Source: Bugula neritina
Lineage: Eukaryota; Animalia; Bryozoa
DNA: 64,000 bases
Reading direction: 5' to 3'
NCBI GenBank assembly: GCA_964035545.1
Contig: OZ037771.1
Coordinates: forward strand, 1,065,628-1,129,627
The notes under the pieces were generated by a model that ran no database searches, was not told where the DNA came from, and was given only the letters and a program-made list of their open reading frames with translations. Both the position numbers and the translations under genes were made by a program. Of the stretch, positions 24,793-36,479 are shown one piece after another (the stretch's first letter is position 1; every line of letters begins with the position of its first letter).

Positions 24793-27700
24793 TTATAGAA
24801 CAAAGTGACGGGCGTAAAGAGAAGATAACTGCTGCTTTAGTGGAATAATTGGAGGAGTAAATGTTATCACAGCAGATAGGAGAGGATTGAGTAAGTCAGT
24901 CCTGTGTATAGAATATAGTCTGCTTTCTTCATGTTCTTATTGGTTTTGAGTGGGACGTAATAGTACATACCATGGGAGATGATAGTATTTACAGTTAGCT
25001 CTAAGGCATTTGCCTTTTACATTGTCTCTACACACTATAACTTTACCATCTGAAACCTCCACATGATCTGCAAGAAAACATAATAGTAACTACATAGTAT
25101 ACAGTAGAAACTACATAGTATACAATAGTAACTACATAGGACACAGTAGTAACTACATAGTACACAGTAGTAACAACATAGTACACAGCAGTAACAACAT
25201 AGTACACAGTAGTAACTACATAGTACACAGTAGTAACTTTATAGTACACAGTAGTAACTTTATAGTACACAGTAGTAACTACATAGTACACAGTAGTAAC
25301 TACATAGCCCACAGTAGTAACTACATAGCCCACAGTAGTAACTACATAGTCCACAGTAGTAACTACATAGTACACAGTAATAACTACATAGTACATAGTA
25401 GTAACTACATAGTACACAGTAGTAACTACATAGTACACAGTAGTAACTACATAGTACACAGTAGTAACTACATAGTACACAGTAGTAACAGCATAATATA
25501 CAGTAGTAACTACATAGTACACAGTAGTAACAGCAATGCATACACTTAGAACTCACCTTCTAATAAGTGAATGTACTTGCAGGCGGGGCGGTTGCATTGA
25601 CCCGACCTATAATCTCTGCACACCGGCAGGGTGTCCAGCAACTAGAAACATAAATGTAATAGTCAGCCACTCAAAGTTCCCTTTCACAAAAGAGAGCAGA
25701 TTTAAAAGCAGCCGAAGTAAATTGACTAATAATGCAGCATAATCTATTTGACTACATGTTCTAGCAGCAATCTGCAGTTACAGCATAGTTCTGAAGAGGA
25801 TGTTGTGTAGTGAAATCATGTGAGCTAGAAGGAAACTGAAAGGGGGAAATAATCAGAGGTTGAGAAGAGTACAACAGAGTCGATGCTATTGTTAAAATTC
25901 ATGACTAAATGCATTGAGGTAACTGAAAGAGATATTGAGATGTGAAACTTGGACTGAGCATGAGTTGATATATTTATATATAAATAAATGGTAAAAGATG
26001 ATAATGAAGATACAGGTGAGATGGAGAGAACATGATAACTGTGCGAGGACGAGCGGGAAACCTGTTACGGCTCAAGCAGTCAAGACATGCGCTTCTCTTG
26101 TACAAAACAGCAATAACAAGGCAAGCTTACACCAGCCCACCAGCTGTACAGACAGCGCAAATAAAGGACTAAATGAAATGGCGAATAAAGAGCAGACAAT
26201 ATAACAGAACCAAATGACAGAAAGAAAGGAACATAAGCATGGTAAGCAGTGGTGGCCATTGCTATAGTAAAAGTTGCAGATGCCGAAACAGCGGACGGAT
26301 GAAAGTAGGAGCAGCATGGTACTACGTAAGTACTAGACGAGTACAAGTTAAGTACTAAACGAGTACAAGTTAAGTACTACGCAAGTACTAGACAAGTACC
26401 ACACTCTCCCACCATCACGCATGTCTGTCTAGACCTGCTGACGTACTGACCTACATAGGTTGGTGTGTGCTGACTCATATCATACCCGTAAACTATAAAC
26501 AAGACAGACAGTAGTGTGAGAGAGCGAGAGGTACTCTGCATTATGTAACGTAGTGTCTTATATGTGTATATGTTACATATACACATATATACCATATATA
26601 CAAGGAGTATACCTTCTATAAGCATATATTCAAAGTATACATGTAGAGCTTACCACTTATAAACATATGCTTATAGGTTTCTAGTGTAACTGGCCTTGTA
26701 TGTATGAAGTATACATGAAGATGTAAGTTGGTATAAAACAGATTCCTAGCCTGAGTCTATTTACTGCAGTTCATAGAGGGGGCAACTCCCGATAGAAGAG
26801 ACAAGTGCGGATAGCAGCAGATTGTACTGGACACGTGGTGAGACAGCTACTGATGTATTCAGGTGAAGTAATCACAATAGTAGATGATGTGTATTACACA
26901 GAGTACATAGAATAGTAATAAACTAGCTCGACTACCCCACAATCAATGAGAAATCACTGCGGTACACATATCATGTCCACCAGGCCAACACTCCCGCCAG
27001 CAAACTTCCATATACCTATTTATGGAAGCAGTTTGCGGGACGGGGTGTCAGCCGGCCGACAATTCTGATCCCCTTAGCCTAAGATCTCCATGCACTCAGT
27101 AAGAGTAAGCAAGTACCTGACTATTGTCATCGTAATAATTGACGTTATCAACATTGTTTGAGAGCAGTTGAATACGGGGCACGGGAGGGGCACCCACGCC
27201 GACACCACCGTTTACTTGGTGGTCGCCGTTGATGGCCCCAGTGCCTGTATTGCTACTACCACTAAACAACGCTGTGGGCATCTGAGCTGCTGGCCAAAAA
27301 CAACAACAATATTAGATGTTGATAAAAGATCAAGGGCATGAAATGCAGTGAATAAAAAGCTTCAGTATATATCTGCAGTACAGAGTACCTGCAGTACAGA
27401 GTACCTGCAGTACAGAGTACCTGCAGTACAGAGTACCTGCAGTACAGAGTATCTGCAGTACAGAGTATCTGCAGTACAGAGTATCTGCAGTACAGAGTAT
27501 CTGCAGTACAGAGTATCTGCAGTACAGAGTATCTGCAGTACAGAGTATCTGCAGTACAGAGTATCTGCAGTACAGAGTATCTGCAGTATAGAGTATCTGC
27601 AGTACAGAGTAGAGTACTTACAAGATACAGGAACATATGCTGGTTGCTGAGGTGCGTAGAGTTGCTGATAAGCTGCCGGGTTGAACATGGGAATACCACC

Positions 27701-30700
27701 CTTGGCAGCATCCAGAGCTTGCCTCTTTATCGGAACTCCCATTCCAGGGACCTGCATTGGCTGAAAGAACAAGATAAATGTGAAGACACGCCCCCAGACT
27801 GGGCACACCCACACAGTATGTAAAATGCTGCCGGAAGCATTTGCACATAAGGACATCACGTCATCACTAGGTTGTGGCTTCTACCAATCAAATTTGTTTT
27901 TGATTTTTTTTTCAAAAATTTTCAAATAAACCACCTAAATTAGTTTGCATGTGAGTATTGGGAGCAAAAAGCCAATTGGTATCGTTTTAATCAAACCGCC
28001 CAATCAGAAGCAAGCAACTGTACAAAACAAGTGCCAACATAGTTAGAAATTTGGTGAAGGTGTTGCGTTGATGAGCTGTGTACACGTGTTGCCACGGGCA
28101 ACCATTGCATTGTGGGCCATGCTATTAGTCAACCATGCAGTACAGACGCGCCAACTCAAATCATGTTGTCAATGATATTGTAGGCGCAGAATGAGGGGTA
28201 AATTTGTTTGTCAAAAAACAACTGAGGGAAACATATAATTAACACATCAGAGTACAAAATAGCAACTACGGGACAATTGCTGTCGGAGAAAGAAGCATAT
28301 CTATAGAGGCAGTAGCGACAGCATGCTGCCTATTTGGACACTAAGGAATATGGTGGAAGAGCTTTAGTTTTAGCTGAAAGTGGCTAAATAGCGAGTACAA
28401 TGAAAGCTCTAGCTGCACTCTAGCTGCTCTAGTAAATAATATTTCTGTTTAGGAGAGCTGGTGACTGGCATATTTAGACGGGACACACCCACCCTAGTTG
28501 CTACTAGTTGTTTCAAATGGATATCAGCACGGCTTGAGATAATTCACATAAATATTGAAAGCAGCGGAATTCTAGGTTTGAAAATTTGATAGCGTTAATG
28601 AAATCAGTACGGATTGATAGCGGCACCAATAGGCGTTAACTCATCCCGCATCACATGCAGTCAGTAGCAATTGAAATGCAAACACAATAGTGAATAAATG
28701 GTGGTGCATAAACAGGCAAGCTTGAAGCTAGACCCGTTGCAAGACAACCAGCTGGGGGGGGGGGCTGAGTATCGTATAGGGGTGCGCTGACGTTGATATG
28801 TCTCTTATTCCCACCCCTCTTCTGTCTGTTACCCTCACTTCTCTATCCCCAGACTAGACCTTCACCTCTGACAGAGAGCTGACAGGCAATGAATGAGGGA
28901 TAGAGAGGTGGGAGTAACGACCCCACCCGTTGCAAGTATGCACTAAGTCCAAACACCAATATAAAGAGTAAAGGTAGACTATAGACTAGGTACCAGCAAT
29001 AACTCTTCCTCCCTCGTCCTTTTCTTAGCCTGCTGCTGTTGTTGTTGCTGACTGAGAGCATCCTGAGAGGCAGCAGTTGAAGCAGCCGCTGCTGCTGCAG
29101 CTTGCAGACTACCCGGTGTGCTCGCTGCCACCGCTGTGGAGAAATGGCCGGCGGCTACTGACGTAGCTAGCCCTGTCTGATAGGCCCCTGCAAGCCCGGT
29201 GTGGGAGCTAGGTAGACTGGCGTGCATCCCCAAGGCTGAGTAGGCAGCCATGTTGTATGCACCCAGGGAGGGCTGACTCACCTGGGGCATTGCGCCGGGG
29301 AGTGCCGAGGCGACTCCTCCAGCTCCAGGGGGCGGCTGGGCAAGACCAAGTAGAGGCTGCGGCTGCTATTATATGGGACAGGTGAAGGTGGGACAGTGCA
29401 GCAGCCGATATAATGTGAAACAGCGTTACGTGGAATAACCCACATCAAGTCAATAACGTCATTAATGATAGCATTGGGTAGGGCAGCAGAATACAAACAA
29501 GTGGGCGGGCAGCATCAGCACCAGCAGCAGCCAATTGGCAGCAAGTGGCAAGAGCACACAACCGGTCAGTCATTGAGCAGCGGCAGCAGAGAGGCCGGAG
29601 CAGCAATTAACCAATCAGGGAGCAGTTGAGTTGACGGCAAGCATTCGCCACAGCAGATCATGTGACCAAGTGACCATGTGATCAAGTGATGTCATGTGAC
29701 CATGTGGTGTCGTGTGGTTGGTTGGTTGCGTGTATGATACATGTGTGGTAGTGGTGGAAGCAGCCAAATAAAAGAGAAAAAATACGGCACCCAGTTAAGT
29801 TGTGTTGAAGATGCAAGTAGTATCTTAAAACATAGCTAGAAAACATGCATTTAGAACATAATGATGGCAATGTCAAGGTTATGCAGCCATCGCAAGGAAT
29901 CTAAAATACAATTTATTTTAGATTTCTGAGCAGGTTGCGTTTGATTTAGTAGTAGCCTGGGGGAGTCTACTAACACTACTCAGCCATGACAACCCAGTGA
30001 GTGTGAATCAACACCCAGGCTACCTGCGACACAGCAGCATAAAAAGGAAGACAACTCTCAAGATTGCATAACACAAGTTGTCTTCCTTTTTATTTCAAAC
30101 TATGCCCCTGAATAATTTAGTCCAGCTTGAACTTACTAAGGCATAACAGATGGAGTCTACAGCATAATAAAAGTATAGAAACACACACATATAGCTCTAG
30201 ATCAAAACGCTACTCTGATATCTAATTAGCAAGAAGTTTGAAATGCCCCACATCAACCATTCTTTGGTTTGAGAAACACAGCTATTAAACAAGGACGCAG
30301 ATAGCGTGTTTAAATTAAAAACTTATGAGACAAAATCGGCAGCATTGAGCGATGCATATGAATGTTTAGTGAAGCCATTGGCAGCAGCAACAAGTGTGGA
30401 GCAGCGGCAGCTGCAAAAGAAGTAGCAGACGGCAGCCAAGTAGCGATCTGCAGCAAAAATTGGGCTTGCAGTAGTGGAGATATGCAGCAGTAGCGAACTG
30501 TACTAGAAGTATGTGTGTGATTAGGACTGCAGTGGGCTGACTAGCATGGTACCTGGCCACATAATGCAGGCCAGGTACCATGGGCTAATCACAAAGTGTT
30601 ACTAAGTATGCAGTAGGGGAAGCTTGCTTTATACCAAACAACTTTAGCCTATTGAGAGTATAGAAAGCAACACATGATGTACATTATGAGAATAACTGTG

Positions 30701-33700
30701 TAGTCTTGGGTCCAGCACACAGTAATCCCACATTTCTGCACTAATGAAAACATTTAACAGTTAGCAAAAACTAAGGCTAGGGATCTCAGTGATAGTAGTA
30801 CTATGACTGAGATAGTAGTACTATGACTGAGATAGTAGTACCATCACTGAGATAGTAGTACCATCACTGATATAGTAGTACCATCACTGAGATAGTAGTA
30901 CCATCACTGAGATAGTAGTACCATGACTGAGATAGTAGTACTATGACTGAGATAGTAGTACCATCTTGATGATACTACTGCTAGTTGTGAACTAATGCTA
31001 TTAAGAAAATATTTATTGGCACAAACTCACTTTTTAACAAAATGTCTAGCAGCAAAGGTTTAGTTTATAATAAAGCACTAGCGGGCAAAAATTAGAAAGA
31101 CAACTTTAAATAAACTAGTTTAGCAGTTCCAGTTGCACGAAGATGTAACAACTCATGCCTAGCACTCATTTATTCTTTCTAGCCATATGACCACATAACT
31201 CTATTAACCACTATCCATATAATATGCCAATATACAGCCTAGTCAGTTCAAACCAAAGCCATGCAGCAAGTTAATGTTAATGCTGTAGCAAGGCTAAACT
31301 TCAGGTGGTTTAAACGTCTTGAAAAAACTTTAAAAATATTGATCGGTAGGCATTTTTAAATTGAAAAATTGTGGGTGCCTGTGAAACCTGAAAGAAAATA
31401 TGGTCTATTAATAACTTTACTGGAATGTCCTTGACCTACAACCTAGGGAGTCACTGATAGTCGCAGCAATCATGTGTACAAAATATGAATACTGTTATAC
31501 AAGGTGATACATGGAGAAATATAACAGATAAATTATATGCTAAAATGTACATCACATCATTATACAGTATAAAGAATTAATGTATAACAATTTAGAGTTG
31601 TTTCCACACTTTCCAAGGAACTACAACTACTTGGACAGTTACACAATGCTTTGAAGAAAACATTCATACAACACTGACAATGCCACAAAGCTCTAGAGTG
31701 TGAATATACAACCAACAATTCCATTCAAAGAAAAGATGGTTAGAGGTGCTTGCAGTCTTAAGATATTAGTTTTATCATACAGGAATTGTTGGTTGCTGGA
31801 AAAGGCCTTGATTGAGGGTTACAATGTCACACAGCCAAAGAAAGTTGCCACACAAGCACTGGTCTAAGGCTAGCCATTGACAACACAGACTTGGTTTGAA
31901 CCAATATTGGGAGGTTGAAATATATAAATACAGCATACTAAATTCTAGGAGCTAAAGCTAGAATTGGTTGAAGAGAAAATATGAATAAGCTAACTATTAT
32001 ATAAGGAATAAAAAGTAGAGCTTAGGTGAGAATTGTAAGGTAATAATGGAAATGTATAGCCAAGATTAGTTGAAATAGAAGAGTTAAGTTAAACTGGTTA
32101 AATAATATTGCTACCACTAGCTGTAGCGTGCTCATACTTTCATTGGTTCTAGATCAACTGGCAAGGGGGAAACAAATTTCCAGGTAACATGCAATCACTA
32201 TTCAGTTAGAACAATGTTTAGAAAGAAGATAATTCCAAAACAAATAATTCTTCGTTTTCAGTCGACACCTTAGAGGCATTATAGAAGTTTGCGGAGTTGG
32301 AGATGAGAGTATAGGCACGCTAGGGGTTCAGCTAGTCGTGGTGAGCTAGTCATACTAGTAGCTACTGTAGCTCTACCACTACAGTGTAGGTTGCATAGAT
32401 TAGCTTAAGGTTCTACATAGTATGGTTGATACTATGACAAGTATTGACTATACCGTTTGTACAGGAGCTTGGTGCAAAGCAGCAGCGGCTAGCACCTGGC
32501 TTAGAGCCTGTTGGGCTGCATGAGTGTTGGCTTGGTTAGCGGCAGCAAGAGCTGCCCTATTCTGGTTGACTTTTGCCAGAAGTTTAGAAGTTGGGTGGTA
32601 ATATTTGCAGTGCTCCCTGCTGCATTTGCCTTTGACGAAGTCCATACAAACGACAGCTAAGTCATCGTCGGTGAGCACGTAATCAGGTGGGTGAGCCCGA
32701 TCACAATCGGATTCGGGCACAGGGCAGCTACCCTCCTTACTGAACTCCGAGCAAACCTAAACATTGATCTGCACTAAAGCTAGGAAAGAGGCAAAGCAGG
32801 CTACACAACATCTACAGTCTAGGGAGAATAGAGAGTACAACGGTGCGCTGTACATAAAGCTAGTAGTGGGAGAGAGGAGTGCAGCAACAGGATTTGCAGG
32901 TCAAAACAAAGAGAAAATAATTCTAATACTAGATCTACTACTATGTTTATTATAACACAGATATATATTATATCACAGATAAATACAACATCTGTTAATC
33001 AGCACTAGCAGTGCTCAGTGACCCCACACTAACTCGCTGCCCAGCATCAATGAACCCCTGGAGATAAACTATGCGCATCTAATCCCACCCTGAGTAATGA
33101 ATTATTCAATACTGCAACTGTATCATTCTGTCTGTTTTCATGTCTACTTGATATGCAAACCAAACTATCAACTGCTGCATTTATACATTCTACTCTATTA
33201 ATCAGTTATTCAATGCAAGAATTCCCCCAGGAATATGCAGTTTTAGACGAGACAGCGAACTAGGTAATACTGAAAGCTGACAGATTGCAGTATATTATGC
33301 AGTACAATATTGACCTGCAGGTGCAAGTTAACAGAAACTTGGCGTGTTGAATAGAGTTGGCTGAAGTGAATGTGTGTGGGTAGCTGCAGCGTACTGCACT
33401 GTACAGCTGTCTGTAGTCACAGCTACCAGCGTAATGAGTCACCTAATGTGTTGGTCACGTGACCTCGCACGTACCTCTGGCCGCCGTAGTCTGCTTAGCA
33501 CTGCTCTCTCCTGTGTAGATGTTGTCTGCTTAGCAAGCGTGTATAAACAATAAAAAGTAGTGCGGGTCCGTGAGGTAACAGAGAGCGAGAGAGCAAGAGA
33601 GAAAGAGAGAGTGGCGCTGTCTATCACAGCTAGCCGACAGCCTGGAGCCAGAGCTAGCTGACTGTCTGGAGCCAGATATTTGAAGAGAGGCAGCAAAGAC

Positions 33701-36431
33701 AGCAGAGAGAAGGCAGCAAGAGACAACACAGCGCAAGGTTTACTGCAGTGAGAAGAGGCGCCGTGTGATTGGCCGAGGAAGTGGAGCGTGGCAGCGTTGG
33801 ATAGGCTGAGGAGCAGAGAAAGCAGACTACAAAAGTTAGCGGAGGCGTTACTGACGGAGCAGGTAGACCCGTACGAAGCTACGCTGCAGCTACTCACAGC
33901 TACCTACTACACTGTATCTAGTGCGGCTAATAGATGTGGCGGGATAAATGAAAAGTCTTTCAAAGTGAGTCAAAACATTCAAACCATTACAGTTACTTTA
34001 TGCTGGGGGGTGGCAAGAAAAAATATTAGAAAATTAGTAGTGATAATGCTGCACATCTATAAAGTAGCAACACAACAGGGGGGGGTAACTACGGACTGCT
34101 GGTCCAAGACACGGACTAGCACCTGTTTGGCAGCGGCATCACTCACAAACATACCTCTAGTCTGTCAGCCCGGGGTGTCTTCTGCCCATTCATTGTGGGT
34201 GTTGTGCTGGAGCCCGAGGTGCTGGGCATTTGTGCTAAGGCTAAAACATAAACCCATGTTGATTATGACTTATACAGAACGCCAAGTATTATGAAGTAAC
34301 ATGTATACAGAGATGAGCACAGTGCTCTAGATACAGAGATGAGCACAGTACTCTAGTATACCACTATACCACATGCATCTAGTAGCGTCCTCAGAATATT
34401 CCACCATCTATTACGTTAGTCTTCAATATTCAAGTTACAGAAATTCAAATATAATTCTTGAAAGGTAAGAACGGGTTTTACAAGATGCAGTAAAGACGGT
34501 GTCCCTAACAGTACCGGTACATCAGAGCAGAGCAAAGCTGAGCATGTAACTTGAGATATAATCTGATAACGTGCACTATTCAATACACCTAGCATGAGCT
34601 TTGGAATAATTTAGTGGAACAAGAAATTTGTAGTGCAATGAGTTGTCTGCTCATTGCCGAGACTCTACTCGCCTCGACCACACGAGAGAACACAGTTTAG
34701 ACATTACAAACACAGAAATCCTACCCTGATTTTCTAAATTAGCAGCAGCAGCAGCGGCAGCAACAGCAGCAGCGTTAGCAGCCTGCCCACCTTGTGATAC
34801 GGCAAACTGTAGAGGCAGCTGTCCGAGGCCGGCAGCCGACATGGGGTTGGCTGCCTGAAGTCCGGGATATTGGTTATACAAATACGGATTATGCTGCAAA
34901 GAAACGGCAAACATGTAGAATATTGCTGGAAGTTGAATGCAAAAAAGAGGGAGCATAACTCCAATAGTACATCATAAAATTCATTTACAGTATTACTAGG
35001 ATAAGAGCAAGACATCATTGGACTACACACATGCCTAGTAAGACATCCTTTACATGTGCAGATAAGCCCCAACTAACTGTAGAGAGCTGAGCTGAGCTAA
35101 GCATAGCATTGACAAGCAGATTATTATTATATTAATAAATCTATCAAATAAATGATAACTAACTCTTGTCCCAGTGTAAGAGTGCTTTCAACAAAACTAA
35201 CATAAAGTGAAGTGAACGAAAACTAGACATGCAGGTGGCACAAGAGGGTAAGCACAGGCTATGGTAATCTAGAGAGCTGAGTCTATTGAACTAGCCACTA
35301 ATATACTACAGAGCACATTCTATAAGCCATGCATGCCATATACTACCAACTATGGACAACCCGGCCTTCAGGTAACTTGCCCACCAGCAGCTAATCAACT
35401 GGTGAGCTGTTCCATAAGTAGACCAGCCTAGGGTGGATGAGCAGTGTGGTGGTAGTGGTAGTGTGATAATAGTGGCAGTGTGGTTATGGTAGTGTGGTGA
35501 GGTAATAGTGATAGTGTGGTGGTAGTGATAGTGACTTAATAGTGGTAGTGAGGTAATAGTGGCAGTGTGGTAATAGCGGTGGTGAGGTAATAGTGATAGT
35601 GTGAGGTAATAGTGTGGTGAGGTAACAGTAGTAGTGAGGTAACAGTAGCAGTGAGGTAATATTGTGGCAGGAGGTAATAGTGGTGGCGGGGTAATAGTGG
35701 CGGTTGGCAAGGAACCAGGGCCAGCTGTAGACTACCAAAGAGGGAAGACTACGAGACAGGTTAGGTATAGATATTACTAACCGTTATCAAGGGTTGACTG
35801 GTCAGGCCTGTATGCAGAACCCCAGCATTGGCAGCAGCTGCATTGGCAGCAGCAGCCGCTGCAGCGTGAGTCAGATACCTATTACCATCAGCCACAGCCA
35901 GGAAGAGAAAGATACAGGTTGTGATAAATCAAGAAGTTACAGTAACACAATCGTGTAGCTTATAATCGTGTTTAAAACAGCGATTTAGTAGGACCGCAGC
36001 AATCCACCAGCTTGGACATGTCACGCCCACACAACTCAGAGACTGTTACATAAACTTATAAACGGTTAGCACCAGTTGATTGGGTTCCGTTTGCCAAGAA
36101 GAAACAATGTCAGTAGCGGCAAGTGTCCAAGATGGCGGGCCACAGCAAGGCTTGTGTGAGTTGATGGTTTTGGCTCAACTCATAATAAAACAAGGATGCA
36201 ATGCAGAGCAAGTCTGGCGGGTGGCGGAGTTAGCATACGAAAACATAAGTCAAATGCAGGTTGCCTACGCCATCTACGTGCCGCCAACAGATGTTTAAAT
36301 GATTGGCTTACTCTGCAACTCAAACTACTCTGTTGGTTAAGTTTTAGTAAATGTAGTGGTAGTAGCAGTAGCAGTAGCAGTAGTAGTAGCAGTAGTAGTA
36401 GTCGTAGTAGCAGTAGCAGTAGCAGTAGTAA

Positions 36432-36479
<48 letters not shown>

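Noticed and set aside
30312-30447. Alternative terminal exon [27 protein letters not shown]...
   Set aside because: An acceptor and in-frame ORF exist, but composition is explained by the YGCY/CTG-rich tract and there is no independent support.
33788-34294. 168-aa plus-strand ORF
   Set aside because: Antisense to an mbl exon and YGCY island, GTG start, no recognisable domain.
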